Shown here: positions 30,417 to 38,116 of the stretch, in pieces
Position numbering within the stretch: the stretch's first letter is position 1
Layout of the letters: every line of letters starts with the position of its first letter
DNA from: Blastocatellia bacterium
GTDB taxonomy: Bacteria; Acidobacteriota; Blastocatellia; UBA7656
Assembly: GCA_963728545.1 (NCBI GenBank)
Contig: CAVSKO010000002.1
Coordinates: 358,874-422,873 of the forward strand
Direction: 5' to 3'
DNA length: 64,000 nucleotides
Translations under genes and position numbers: made by a program
Notes under the pieces: generated by a model
Seen by the model: only the letters and a program-made list of their open reading frames with translations
Databases searched by the model: none
What the model was told of the DNA's origin: nothing

Positions 30417-31643
30417 ATGCCTACTTATGTTTTCAAAGGCCGCAACCGAATGAACGAGATGGTTGTAGGCGAGCGCGTGGCTGCCGACCGCGCGGCGCTC
30501 GAAGCCATGCTCCGGCGCGAGCAAGTCATCTTGACCAGCGCGCGCGAGAAGGGACGCGAGATCAGTCTGCCCAAGGTTGGGCGCGAGAAGGTCAAGAGCA
30601 AAGACCTGGCGCTGTTCACACGCCAGTTTTCGGTCATGCTCGACGCAGGACTGCCGCTCGTGCAATGTCTTGAGATACTGGGTCAGCAACAGGATAACAA
30701 GTTCTTTCAAAAGGTTATCTTTCAAACACGCGCAGACGTTGAAGCCGGTATGACGCTTGCGGATGCGATGGCTAAACACCCGCGCGTGTTCGAACCGCTC
30801 TACACCAACATGGTTGCGGCGGGCGAAACCGGCGGTATTTTAGACATCATCTTGCAGCGACTGTCAACCTATCTTGAGAAGATGGTCAAGCTCAAGAGCG
30901 ACGTGAAGAGCGCGCTGATCTACCCGATAGCGGTTATCGTGATTTCGATCATAGTCATCTCGATCATCATGATAGTCGTCATCCCCGCCTTCAAGAACAT
31001 CTTTGAAGGACTGCTGGGGCCGGGCGAGAAGCTGCCGTGGTTGACCGAGCTTGTAGTCTCGATATCGCAATTCCTGGCCGGGTTCTGGTGGCTGATAGCA
31101 ATCTTTGTCGGCGTTATGGTCTTTGCGGCGAAAGCCTGGTACAAGACCGACAGCGGGCATCACATGATCGACAGCCTTCAGTTGAAACTGCCGATCTTTG
31201 GGCCTATCCTAAAAAAGATAGCGATAGCGCGGTTCAGCCGAACACTCTCGACCTTGCTCAGCTCAGGCGTGCCCATTCTGGAATCGCTTGAGATAACTGC
31301 AAAGACGGCGGGCAATATCGTAGTCGGCGAAGCGATCCTTAAAGTCCGCACCGGTATCGAGCAGGGCCAGACGTTTGTCGAGCCGTTGAAAGCCAGCCAG
31401 ATCTTTCCAGTGATGGTAAGCCAGATGATAGGGGTCGGCGAGCAGACGGGCGCTTTAGACGCCATGCTTTCAAAGATTGCCGACTTCTACGAGCAGGAAG
31501 TTGATGCCGCGATTGCAAACTTGCTGAGCCTGATGGAACCAGCTATGATTCTGTTCCTCGGCGTCACAATCGGTACTATAGTTATCGCGATGTATCTGCC
31601 ACTGTTCACGCTCATCGGCAAACTGGCAGGCGGCGGAAAATAG
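30417..31643 (+). CDS. pilC: type IV pilus platform protein PilC (GspF family)
   Basis: Two GspF repeats, three TM segments, 408 aa. Confidence 0.9.
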   Translation: MPTYVFKGRNRMNEMVVGERVAADRAALEAMLRREQVILTSAREKGREISLPKVGREKVKSKDLALFTRQFSVMLDAGLPLVQCLEILGQQQDNKFFQKVIFQTRADVEAGMTLADAMAKHPRVFEPLYTNMVAAGETGGILDIILQRLSTYLEKMVKLKSDVKSALIYPIAVIVISIIVISIIMIVVIPAFKNIFEGLLGPGEKLPWLTELVVSISQFLAGFWWLIAIFVGVMVFAAKAWYKTDSGHHMIDSLQLKLPIFGPILKKIAIARFSRTLSTLLSSGVPILESLEITAKTAGNIVVGEAILKVRTGIEQGQTFVEPLKASQIFPVMVSQMIGVGEQTGALDAMLSKIADFYEQEVDAAIANLLSLMEPAMILFLGVTIGTIVIAMYLPLFTLIGKLAGGGK

Positions 31644-31650
31644 TTTGTTA

Positions 31651-31740
31651 GTCAGTTGTCCGTAGTCAGTTGTTTATCGGTTATTTTATAACTTTAGACG
31701 ACGGACAACGGTCTACGGACAACTGACTACGGACAACTGA
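31651..31740 (+). terminator. 23-bp perfect-stem hairpin (gtcagttgtccgtagtcagttgt / acaactgactacggacaactgac) between pilC and pilS, ending 1 nt before pilS ATG
   Basis: Read directly; arms contain tandem acggacaac motifs. Confidence 0.5.
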
Positions 31741-31741
31741 C

Positions 31742-33472
31742 ATGCGTAGAAAGCTTCAATGGTTGTTGGTCTCGCGCCTGGCCTTGGCGGTTGGACTGCT
31801 TGCGGCTGTGGCACTCTTTGAGCGAGATGACGCCAAGCGTTCGTTTATACCCGTCCTCTCGATGCTCGCGGGCGCGGTAGTGGTGTTGTCGGCTTTCTAT
31901 TTCATCGCGCAGCGCACTTCGTCCCGGCTCAAGTTACAGGGGTACATCCAGCTTTCAATCGACCTCGCGCTCGTCACCTGGCTCGTCTATTTGACGGGCG
32001 ATGTCGAGTCGGCCTTCCTTGCGCTATATCTGGTAATTATCTTTGCCGCAAGCACACTATTTGGTAGGCCAGGCGTCCCTCTGCTCGGAGCTTCTGCGGC
32101 TGTGATGTACGCAGTGACGGGCGTACTGGCGATGAGCGGGCTGGCCCCGCGCGCCGACGGGTGGGCGCCTTACGATCTAAAGAGCCTGCCCTGGGCAGAG
32201 TTCATGTTCTCGCTGAACCTTACAGCCATCTTTGCTATCGCGGCGCTGTCGAGCCATCTGGCAGAGCGGATTCACCGCAGCGAATCCGAACTGGCTACGG
32301 CCACATCAGAGCTTGCAACCGCTACGAAAGAGTTGGCCGATAATCGCCTTGTTAACGACCGTATCATAGAGAGCATGCGAAGCGGCCTTGTGACGACCGA
32401 CCTGCGCGGCAATATTCTAACGTTCAACCGCGCCGCCGAAGAGATAACAGGTTACAAAGCGCAGGACGTTAAGGGCGACAATATCTCTTCGATTTTCGGG
32501 GACATTGACAAACAGATTGAAGTCGGGTTGGAATCGATCCGCACGCGGTCACGCTTGCCGCGATTTGATATCGGGTGCAAGACAGCAGACGGGCGCGACC
32601 TGCACCTGGGCTTTTCTGTCGCGCCGCTGGTTGACGAAGCGCCGGAACTGCAAACAAATGCAAACGGCTTCCCGTTTCGCGGTTACGTCTTGACCTTTCA
32701 AGACCTGACCGAAGTGATGGAGTTGGAGCGCGAAGTTCGCCGCCAGGAGCGGCTCGCTGCGCTCGGCAAGATGGCTGCGGGGCTTGCGCACGAGATTCGA
32801 AACCCGCTCGCATCCATGCGCGGGTCTGTCCAGGTGCTCGCAAGCGAGCTGAGCCTTTCGCGCGACCAATCTCAGTTGATGGAGATAGTCCTGCGCGAAT
32901 CTGACAGGCTGAATCGAATCGTTTCGGACTTTCTCACTTATGCCAGGCCGCCTCGGATCGAGCGAACGGTCATCGAACTGTCCAGCATCTTGTCAGAGAC
33001 CGTGGCCTTGCTCCGCAACAGCCCCGAGCTGACACCCGATCATCAGGTGGCGGAGGATTTTCCCGCCGAGCCTGTTCACTATAACGGCGACCCGAACCAG
33101 ATTCGACAGATCTTCTGGAACCTCGCTCGCAACGCCATACAAGCGATGCCGAGCGGCGGAGAGCTGCGCGTGACGCTTGAAGCCGCCCGCGGGCGCGAAG
33201 TGACTATAACCTTTAGCGACACGGGTCAGGGCATGAGCCGGGAGCAGAAGGAGAGAATGTTCGAGCCGTTCAACTCTTCGAGCGGCGGGACGGGCCTTGG
33301 GATGGCGATAGTTTATCAACTTGTTCGGGACCACAACGGAAAGATAGACGTTGAAAGCGAAGCCGGAAACGGCACTCGTATCTCGATAAAGCTTCCGGGC
33401 AGCGGGCGGGTCAAACGCGAGTTTGACTCCCCGGTTCCAGAGACATCGGAAGCAATAGTAACCCGCGTTTGA
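31742..33472 (+). CDS. pilS: sensor histidine kinase PilS-like (multi-TM, PAS, HisKA, HATPase_c)
   Basis: N-terminal 6 TM; PAS; H-box AAGLAHEIRNPL; N/G1/G2 boxes; paired with NtrC-type regulator upstream of sigma-54-driven pilins. Confidence 0.75.
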   Translation: MRRKLQWLLVSRLALAVGLLAAVALFERDDAKRSFIPVLSMLAGAVVVLSAFYFIAQRTSSRLKLQGYIQLSIDLALVTWLVYLTGDVESAFLALYLVIIFAASTLFGRPGVPLLGASAAVMYAVTGVLAMSGLAPRADGWAPYDLKSLPWAEFMFSLNLTAIFAIAALSSHLAERIHRSESELATATSELATATKELADNRLVNDRIIESMRSGLVTTDLRGNILTFNRAAEEITGYKAQDVKGDNISSIFGDIDKQIEVGLESIRTRSRLPRFDIGCKTADGRDLHLGFSVAPLVDEAPELQTNANGFPFRGYVLTFQDLTEVMELEREVRRQERLAALGKMAAGLAHEIRNPLASMRGSVQVLASELSLSRDQSQLMEIVLRESDRLNRIVSDFLTYARPPRIERTVIELSSILSETVALLRNSPELTPDHQVAEDFPAEPVHYNGDPNQIRQIFWNLARNAIQAMPSGGELRVTLEAARGREVTITFSDTGQGMSREQKERMFEPFNSSSGGTGLGMAIVYQLVRDHNGKIDVESEAGNGTRISIKLPGSGRVKREFDSPVPETSEAIVTRV

Positions 33473-33487
33473 TTTAGAGAAGGGAAT

Positions 33488-34978
33488 GTGATGGAGAAGA
33501 TACTGGTTGTAGATGACGAGCGCAGCATGCGCGAATTGCTTGAACTCGTTTTAAAGCGCGAGGGTTACGCCGTTCACACGGCAGAGAATGGGACCCGCGC
33601 ACTTGAGTTCGTGCGCCAGAATGTTTATGACCTTCTCATTTCGGATGTAAAGATGCCCGACATCAACGGCATCGAGCTTCTTGAGCGCGTCCGCGAAATC
33701 TCGCCCGAAACAATGGTCATAATGATAACCGCATTCGCCACCGTGGACACGGCTCGCCGCGCGTTCAAGCTTGGCGCTGAAGATTTCGTAATTAAAGATT
33801 CGGGCTTCGATGTCGAAGAGTTGAAAGTGACGGTTGGCAAGGTGCTTGAGAAGAAACACCTGCGCCAGGAAAACGTGCTTTTGAAACGTGAGCTTCGCCA
33901 GCGCAACTCGCTCGACAACATCATAGGCCGATCACCACAGATGCAGGCCGTCTACCAGATGATCGAGACCGTCGCCGCTACGACTTCGACCGTGCTTATA
34001 ACCGGCGAGTCGGGGACCGGCAAAGAGCTTGTCGCGCGCGCTATTCACAGTATGTCAAACCGCGCGGGCGCTCCGTTTGTGTCTATCAACTGCGGCGCAT
34101 TCACGGAAACGCTTTTGGAGTCCGAGCTGTTCGGCTATATGAAGGGATCGTTTACGGGCGCGGTATCTAACCGCAAGGGGCTGTTTGAGGCAGCCGAAGG
34201 GGGAACGATCTTTCTCGACGAGATAGGTGAGACGACGCCTGCCATGCAGGTCAAGATGCTCCGCGTGCTTCAGGAGCGAAGCATTCGCCGCGTCGGCGGC
34301 ATTGAAGAGATTCCCGTAGACGTTCGGGTCATCGCCGCTACCAACCGTGATCTTGCGCAGATGGTTGAAGACGGCACATTCCGCAACGACCTGTTTTATC
34401 GTATCAGCGTGATTCCTATCGAAATGCCACCGTTGCGGTCTCGTCGCGCAGACATACCTGACCTTGTGCGCCACTTTCTTGAAAAGTACAGCGCGGCTGC
34501 CGGTCGGCCCACGCTTGAGATTTCCGAAGAGGCAATGCGTTATCTTGAGTCGTATGACTGGCCGGGCAATGTTCGAGAGCTTGAGAACACTATCGAACGG
34601 GCCGTCGCGCTTGAGCCTGGTCGCATCGCGGGAGTAGACCGCCAAAGAGTCGAATCAGGCCCGCTCGCAGGATTGCCGGACCGCCGTCTCAAGCCTGAGT
34701 GGTTGCCTGAGCGAATATTGAAATACAAGCCCAGGAACATTACAGACATCGATTTACCGGAAGACGGGTTGGATTTGGAAGCCTATCTGTCTCAGCTCGA
34801 AAAGGACTACATTATCCGCGCGCTGCAACGCACGGGCGGCAACCAGACTCGCGCCGCAGAGATACTGAATATGTCGGTCCGCAGTCTTCGTCATCTTCTG
34901 GACAAACATAAGATTCGCCAGACGGCGAGCCTTCTGCGCGAGTCTACGGCTGTCGGCGACAGCGCGGCGAATAAATGA
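33488..34978 (+). CDS. pilR: sigma-54-dependent response regulator PilR-like (NtrC family)
   Basis: Receiver domain (DDE...D...K), AAA+ sigma-54 interaction domain GESGTGKE / GAFTGA-like, C-terminal Fis-type HTH. Confidence 0.8.
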   Translation: MMEKILVVDDERSMRELLELVLKREGYAVHTAENGTRALEFVRQNVYDLLISDVKMPDINGIELLERVREISPETMVIMITAFATVDTARRAFKLGAEDFVIKDSGFDVEELKVTVGKVLEKKHLRQENVLLKRELRQRNSLDNIIGRSPQMQAVYQMIETVAATTSTVLITGESGTGKELVARAIHSMSNRAGAPFVSINCGAFTETLLESELFGYMKGSFTGAVSNRKGLFEAAEGGTIFLDEIGETTPAMQVKMLRVLQERSIRRVGGIEEIPVDVRVIAATNRDLAQMVEDGTFRNDLFYRISVIPIEMPPLRSRRADIPDLVRHFLEKYSAAAGRPTLEISEEAMRYLESYDWPGNVRELENTIERAVALEPGRIAGVDRQRVESGPLAGLPDRRLKPEWLPERILKYKPRNITDIDLPEDGLDLEAYLSQLEKDYIIRALQRTGGNQTRAAEILNMSVRSLRHLLDKHKIRQTASLLRESTAVGDSAANK

Positions 34979-35228
34979 TCGCATAGACCGGCAATCTATT
35001 GTCGGCATAACGGCCAAGACTCTTTCAAGCAACGTTCTCTGGACGAGACTGCGCCTCTGCCTATAACACCGCCTTCTGTTTCACCCCCACTACAGGATGC
35101 ATTCGAAATATAATTTTGAATGCGATCCCTGAACAGGGGATCATTACATCCTTTTGCTCACACTATAAACCCGCAACATTCATACGGCGCTCGAAACGAG
35201 TTAGTAAAAGCTGACCGACCTGCTGAGA

Positions 35229-35244
35229 TGGCATAACCCTTGCT
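35229..35244 (+). promoter_or_regulatory. sigma-54 promoter (TGGCAT-N5-TTGCT; GG/GC at -24/-12 spacing) upstream of pilin 1
   Basis: Exact -24 GG / -12 GC geometry, 57 nt upstream of ATG. Confidence 0.6.
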
Positions 35245-35300
35245 GATCATTACAATGGTTTTCGAACAAGCAGGGCGATTTTATGTTCAAGGAGATGGTT

Positions 35301-35726
35301 ATGAAAAGTGAGCGTGGCTTTTCGTTGATAGAGCTTTTAGTAGTAGTCGGCATTCTTATGATAATTTCGGCGATAGCTATACCGGGGCTTCGCAAAGCAA
35401 GGAATAATGCTAACTCAGGATCGGCGATACAATCGCTCAGAACGCTTACGACAGCCGAACACTTATACGAGAGAAGGTTCCATCAATACGCCACGTTAGC
35501 CCAACTTGTGCCCGAAGGCACGATTGATACTCATCTCGGAACAGGATTGAAGAGCGGTTACAGTTTCACGCTGACTCTGAGCGCAGGAAACCAGAATTTT
35601 TCCTGCACAGCAACGCCACTTGATGATCCTCCTAACATGCCCCATTACTTTGTCGATCAGACCGGCGTCATCCGTTACAACGACGGTGCGCCTGCCAATG
35701 CATCAAGCTCTCCGATACCGAGGTAG
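35301..35726 (+). CDS. type IV pilin (prepilin, N-terminal GFSLIELLVV methylation motif)
   Basis: Leader MKSERG|FSLIELL, Glu+5; RBS aaggag 6 nt upstream; track start 35283 is 6 codons earlier. Confidence 0.8.
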   Translation: MKSERGFSLIELLVVVGILMIISAIAIPGLRKARNNANSGSAIQSLRTLTTAEHLYERRFHQYATLAQLVPEGTIDTHLGTGLKSGYSFTLTLSAGNQNFSCTATPLDDPPNMPHYFVDQTGVIRYNDGAPANASSSPIPR

Positions 35727-35871
35727 GACCATCCGTTTCTGACAAAAAGTGGTAATGATTTCTAACGCAATTTGTTAGGAAAAGTCTATGAAAAGAGCGC
35801 CTCGAATCCAGGATTCTAGAAAGCTTGTTTGCTCACAACAGTTTCCTGCGACCATTCCGATTTAGAACACA

Positions 35872-35887
35872 TGGCACAAGCGTTGCC
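35872..35887 (+). promoter_or_regulatory. sigma-54 promoter (TGGCAC-N5-TTGCC) upstream of pilin 2
   Basis: Consensus -24/-12 elements ~90 nt upstream of ATG 35978. Confidence 0.6.
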
Positions 35888-35977
35888 GTTATCAAGCTTG
35901 AGATTAAAGTTAGTTTGGCCGCTGAGGACAACATTGCCTACGGCGAGACAAAAGAAAAAAGGAGCAAAAGGAGCATT

Positions 35978-36463
35978 ATGAAGAAAGAGAACGGATTTTC
36001 ACTGATAGAGCTGCTGATAGTGGTAGCCATCATAGGCATCATCGCCGCTATCGCAATCCCGAATTTGCTTAAGTCCCGACAGGCGGCCAACGAGTCGTCA
36101 GCCATTGGATCGGTTCGCACGTTGGGTACGGCGCAAGCAACTTACCAATCTACTCGCGGTCGAGGTAAAGACTTCGCGGTCTCTCTGGCTGCAATGAACA
36201 CGGAAGGCTTGATCGACTCAGCGTTGTCGAGCGGTGCCAAGAGCGGCTTCGCGTTCACGTGCGTAGGCGTGGCAGCGACTGCAACAGCACCGTCGTACTT
36301 TGACAGCTCGGCTCAGCCGCAATCGTCCGGTACGTTCGGAACAGGCAACAGGTCATTCTATTCGAACGAGACGTTTGTGATATATGCATTGGATGGCGGT
36401 ACAGCGCCGACAGCGGCATTCCCGGTGAGGGTGCCTGCTGCACCTGCCTTACCGATTGAATAG
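35978..36463 (+). CDS. pilA: type IV pilin, tandem duplicate copy 1 (161 aa; track ORF 35825 over-extended)
   Basis: MKKENG|FSLIELLIVVAIIGIIAAIAIPNLL; RBS aaggag; differs from copy 2 at 5 of 161 residues. Confidence 0.8.
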   Translation: MKKENGFSLIELLIVVAIIGIIAAIAIPNLLKSRQAANESSAIGSVRTLGTAQATYQSTRGRGKDFAVSLAAMNTEGLIDSALSSGAKSGFAFTCVGVAATATAPSYFDSSAQPQSSGTFGTGNRSFYSNETFVIYALDGGTAPTAAFPVRVPAAPALPIE

Positions 36464-36490
36464 AACCTCTATCAATCTGGTTGAGTGTGA

Positions 36491-36531
36491 AACGGGCGAG
36501 CCGCCAAAAAGGCTTGCCCGTTCTTTTTTTT
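36491..36531 (+). terminator. Rho-independent terminator after pilin 2 (stem aacgggcgagcc/ggcttgcccgtt + T8)
   Basis: GC stem followed by ttcttttttttattt. Confidence 0.8.
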
Positions 36532-36685
36532 ATTTAAAGAAATTTATGTGTCTCAATTGAAATTGAACAAAAAATGGCATTCATCACTTAACGAAATTTG
36601 GGAATGATAACCTGCCGCCAACTGTTTTCAAAAAGCTTTTCTTTAAGAGACACCAGTTAAAACAAGAGCGACTTTCTATTTCGCG

Positions 36686-36701
36686 TGGCACAGCCTTTGC
36701 C
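36686..36701 (+). promoter_or_regulatory. sigma-54 promoter (TGGCAC-N5-TTGCC) upstream of pilin 3
   Basis: Consensus -24/-12 ~90 nt upstream of ATG 36792. Confidence 0.6.
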
Positions 36702-36791
36702 AATGCTAGTAACGCGATCTGTCGTAGTTCGGCCGCTAGGGACAAAACGACCTACGGCGAGACAAAAGAAAAAAGGAGCAAAAGGAGCATT

Positions 36792-37277
36792 ATGAAGAAA
36801 GAGAACGGATTTTCACTGATAGAGCTGCTGATAGTGGTAGCCATCATAGGCATCATCGCCGCTATCGCAATCCCGAATTTGCTTAAGTCCCGACAGGCGG
36901 CCAACGAGTCGTCAGCCATTGGATCGGTTCGCACGTTGGGTACGGCGCAAGCAACTTACCAATCTACTCGCGGTCGAGGTAAAGACTTCGCGGTCTCTCT
37001 GGCTGCAATGAACACGGAAGGCTTGATCAACTCAGCGTTGTCGAGCGGCAACAAGAGCGGTTTCACATTCACGTGCGTAGGCGTGGCGGCGACTGCAACA
37101 GCACCGTCATACTTTGATGCCTCAGCGCGTCCGCAATCGTCCGGAACATTTGGAACAGGCAACAGGTCATTCTATTCGAACGAGACGTTTGTGATATATG
37201 CATTGGATGGCGGTACAGCGCCGACAGCGGCATTCCCGGTGAGGGTGCCTGCTGCACCTGCCTTACCGATTGAATAA
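36792..37277 (+). CDS. pilA: type IV pilin, tandem duplicate copy 2 (161 aa)
   Basis: Identical to copy 1 except D/N, A/N, A/T, S/A, Q/R in the central region; identical 45 nt upstream incl. RBS. Confidence 0.8.
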   Translation: MKKENGFSLIELLIVVAIIGIIAAIAIPNLLKSRQAANESSAIGSVRTLGTAQATYQSTRGRGKDFAVSLAAMNTEGLINSALSSGNKSGFTFTCVGVAATATAPSYFDASARPQSSGTFGTGNRSFYSNETFVIYALDGGTAPTAAFPVRVPAAPALPIE

Positions 37278-37307
37278 GTCGGATTATCAATAGATCAACT
37301 GATCATA

Positions 37308-37350
37308 AAACGGGTGAGCCTTTCCGAGGCTCACCCGTTTGTGTTATAGT
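37308..37350 (+). terminator. stem-loop terminator after pilin 3 (aaacgggtgagcc / ggctcacccgttt)
   Basis: 13-bp perfect stem, followed by T-rich tract. Confidence 0.65.
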
Positions 37351-37469
37351 TTCTTCATCAGCTCATAAATTATGCGGAACCGTTCAGGGTCGCCCGCGTT
37401 CGACTTTGTAAGAGAGCACAAAGCTTTACCCTATTCGGGGAAGCTCAATCTGGAGCTGAGGAGAGTACT

Positions 37470-37952
37470 ATGAAGAAGAGACAAGAGCGAGGTTTTTCGC
37501 TTATCGAGTTGCTTATCGTGGTTGCCATTATCGGTATTATCGCCGCACTCGCAATTCCCAGCTTGTTGAAATCTCAACAGGCAGCTCGCGAGACGGCTGC
37601 AATCGGTGAAGTCTCGGCTATTGGCAAAGCGCAAGTGACTTACCAGATGACAAAGGGTCGCGGGAAATTCGGGACGCTTGCACAGCTTGGTGAAGACGGC
37701 GGGCTTAATGCCGCGTTAGCATCCGGCACAAAGAGCGGTTATCTTTACACTTCTGATCCTGTCGTTGTCGAGGGATTGCCCGGGATGTACGACACGACTG
37801 CGAAACCCAGTTCAACGGGGAAATTCGGAACGGGCAATATTTCCTATTACTCTAATGAGTCTAATACTATTTACGAAGCAGAAGGCGGGACGCCGCCTAC
37901 GTGCACTCCGCAAGACCGCATTCCAAAAGACGGTCAGATCATAACAAGGTAA
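37470..37952 (+). CDS. type IV pilin, divergent paralog (160 aa)
   Basis: MKKRQERG|FSLIELLIVVAIIGIIAALAIPSLL; RBS gaggag. Confidence 0.8.
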   Translation: MKKRQERGFSLIELLIVVAIIGIIAALAIPSLLKSQQAARETAAIGEVSAIGKAQVTYQMTKGRGKFGTLAQLGEDGGLNAALASGTKSGYLYTSDPVVVEGLPGMYDTTAKPSSTGKFGTGNISYYSNESNTIYEAEGGTPPTCTPQDRIPKDGQIITR

Positions 37953-37962
37953 GCAGAATTTA

Positions 37963-38001
37963 ATGGGCCGGGGAGCGCTCTCGGAGTTTGCCCCGGCCCA
38001 T
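37963..38001 (+). terminator. stem-loop after pilin 4 (tgggccgggg / ccccggccca)
   Basis: 10-bp GC stem; no clear T-run. Confidence 0.45.
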
Positions 38002-38116
38002 CAACTCTTGATCGAGTTGCTGAAGTATTGAAAGCGTGAGATCGAAAACTCGCGCTCAGTCCCTTGCCCCTGCGAGCAGTCCCGCCCCCGCCAGGAAAAG
38101 TTTCTTATAAATCATC

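Noticed and set aside
30354-30779. 141-aa minus-strand ORF spanning the pilT-downstream inverted repeat and pilC 5' end
   Set aside because: Antisense to pilC and runs through the hairpin element. No motif.
35825-35977. 51-codon 5' extension of the pilin-2 ORF
   Set aside because: Extension contains the sigma-54 promoter. A strong RBS precedes the internal ATG at 35978, which gives the canonical prepilin leader.
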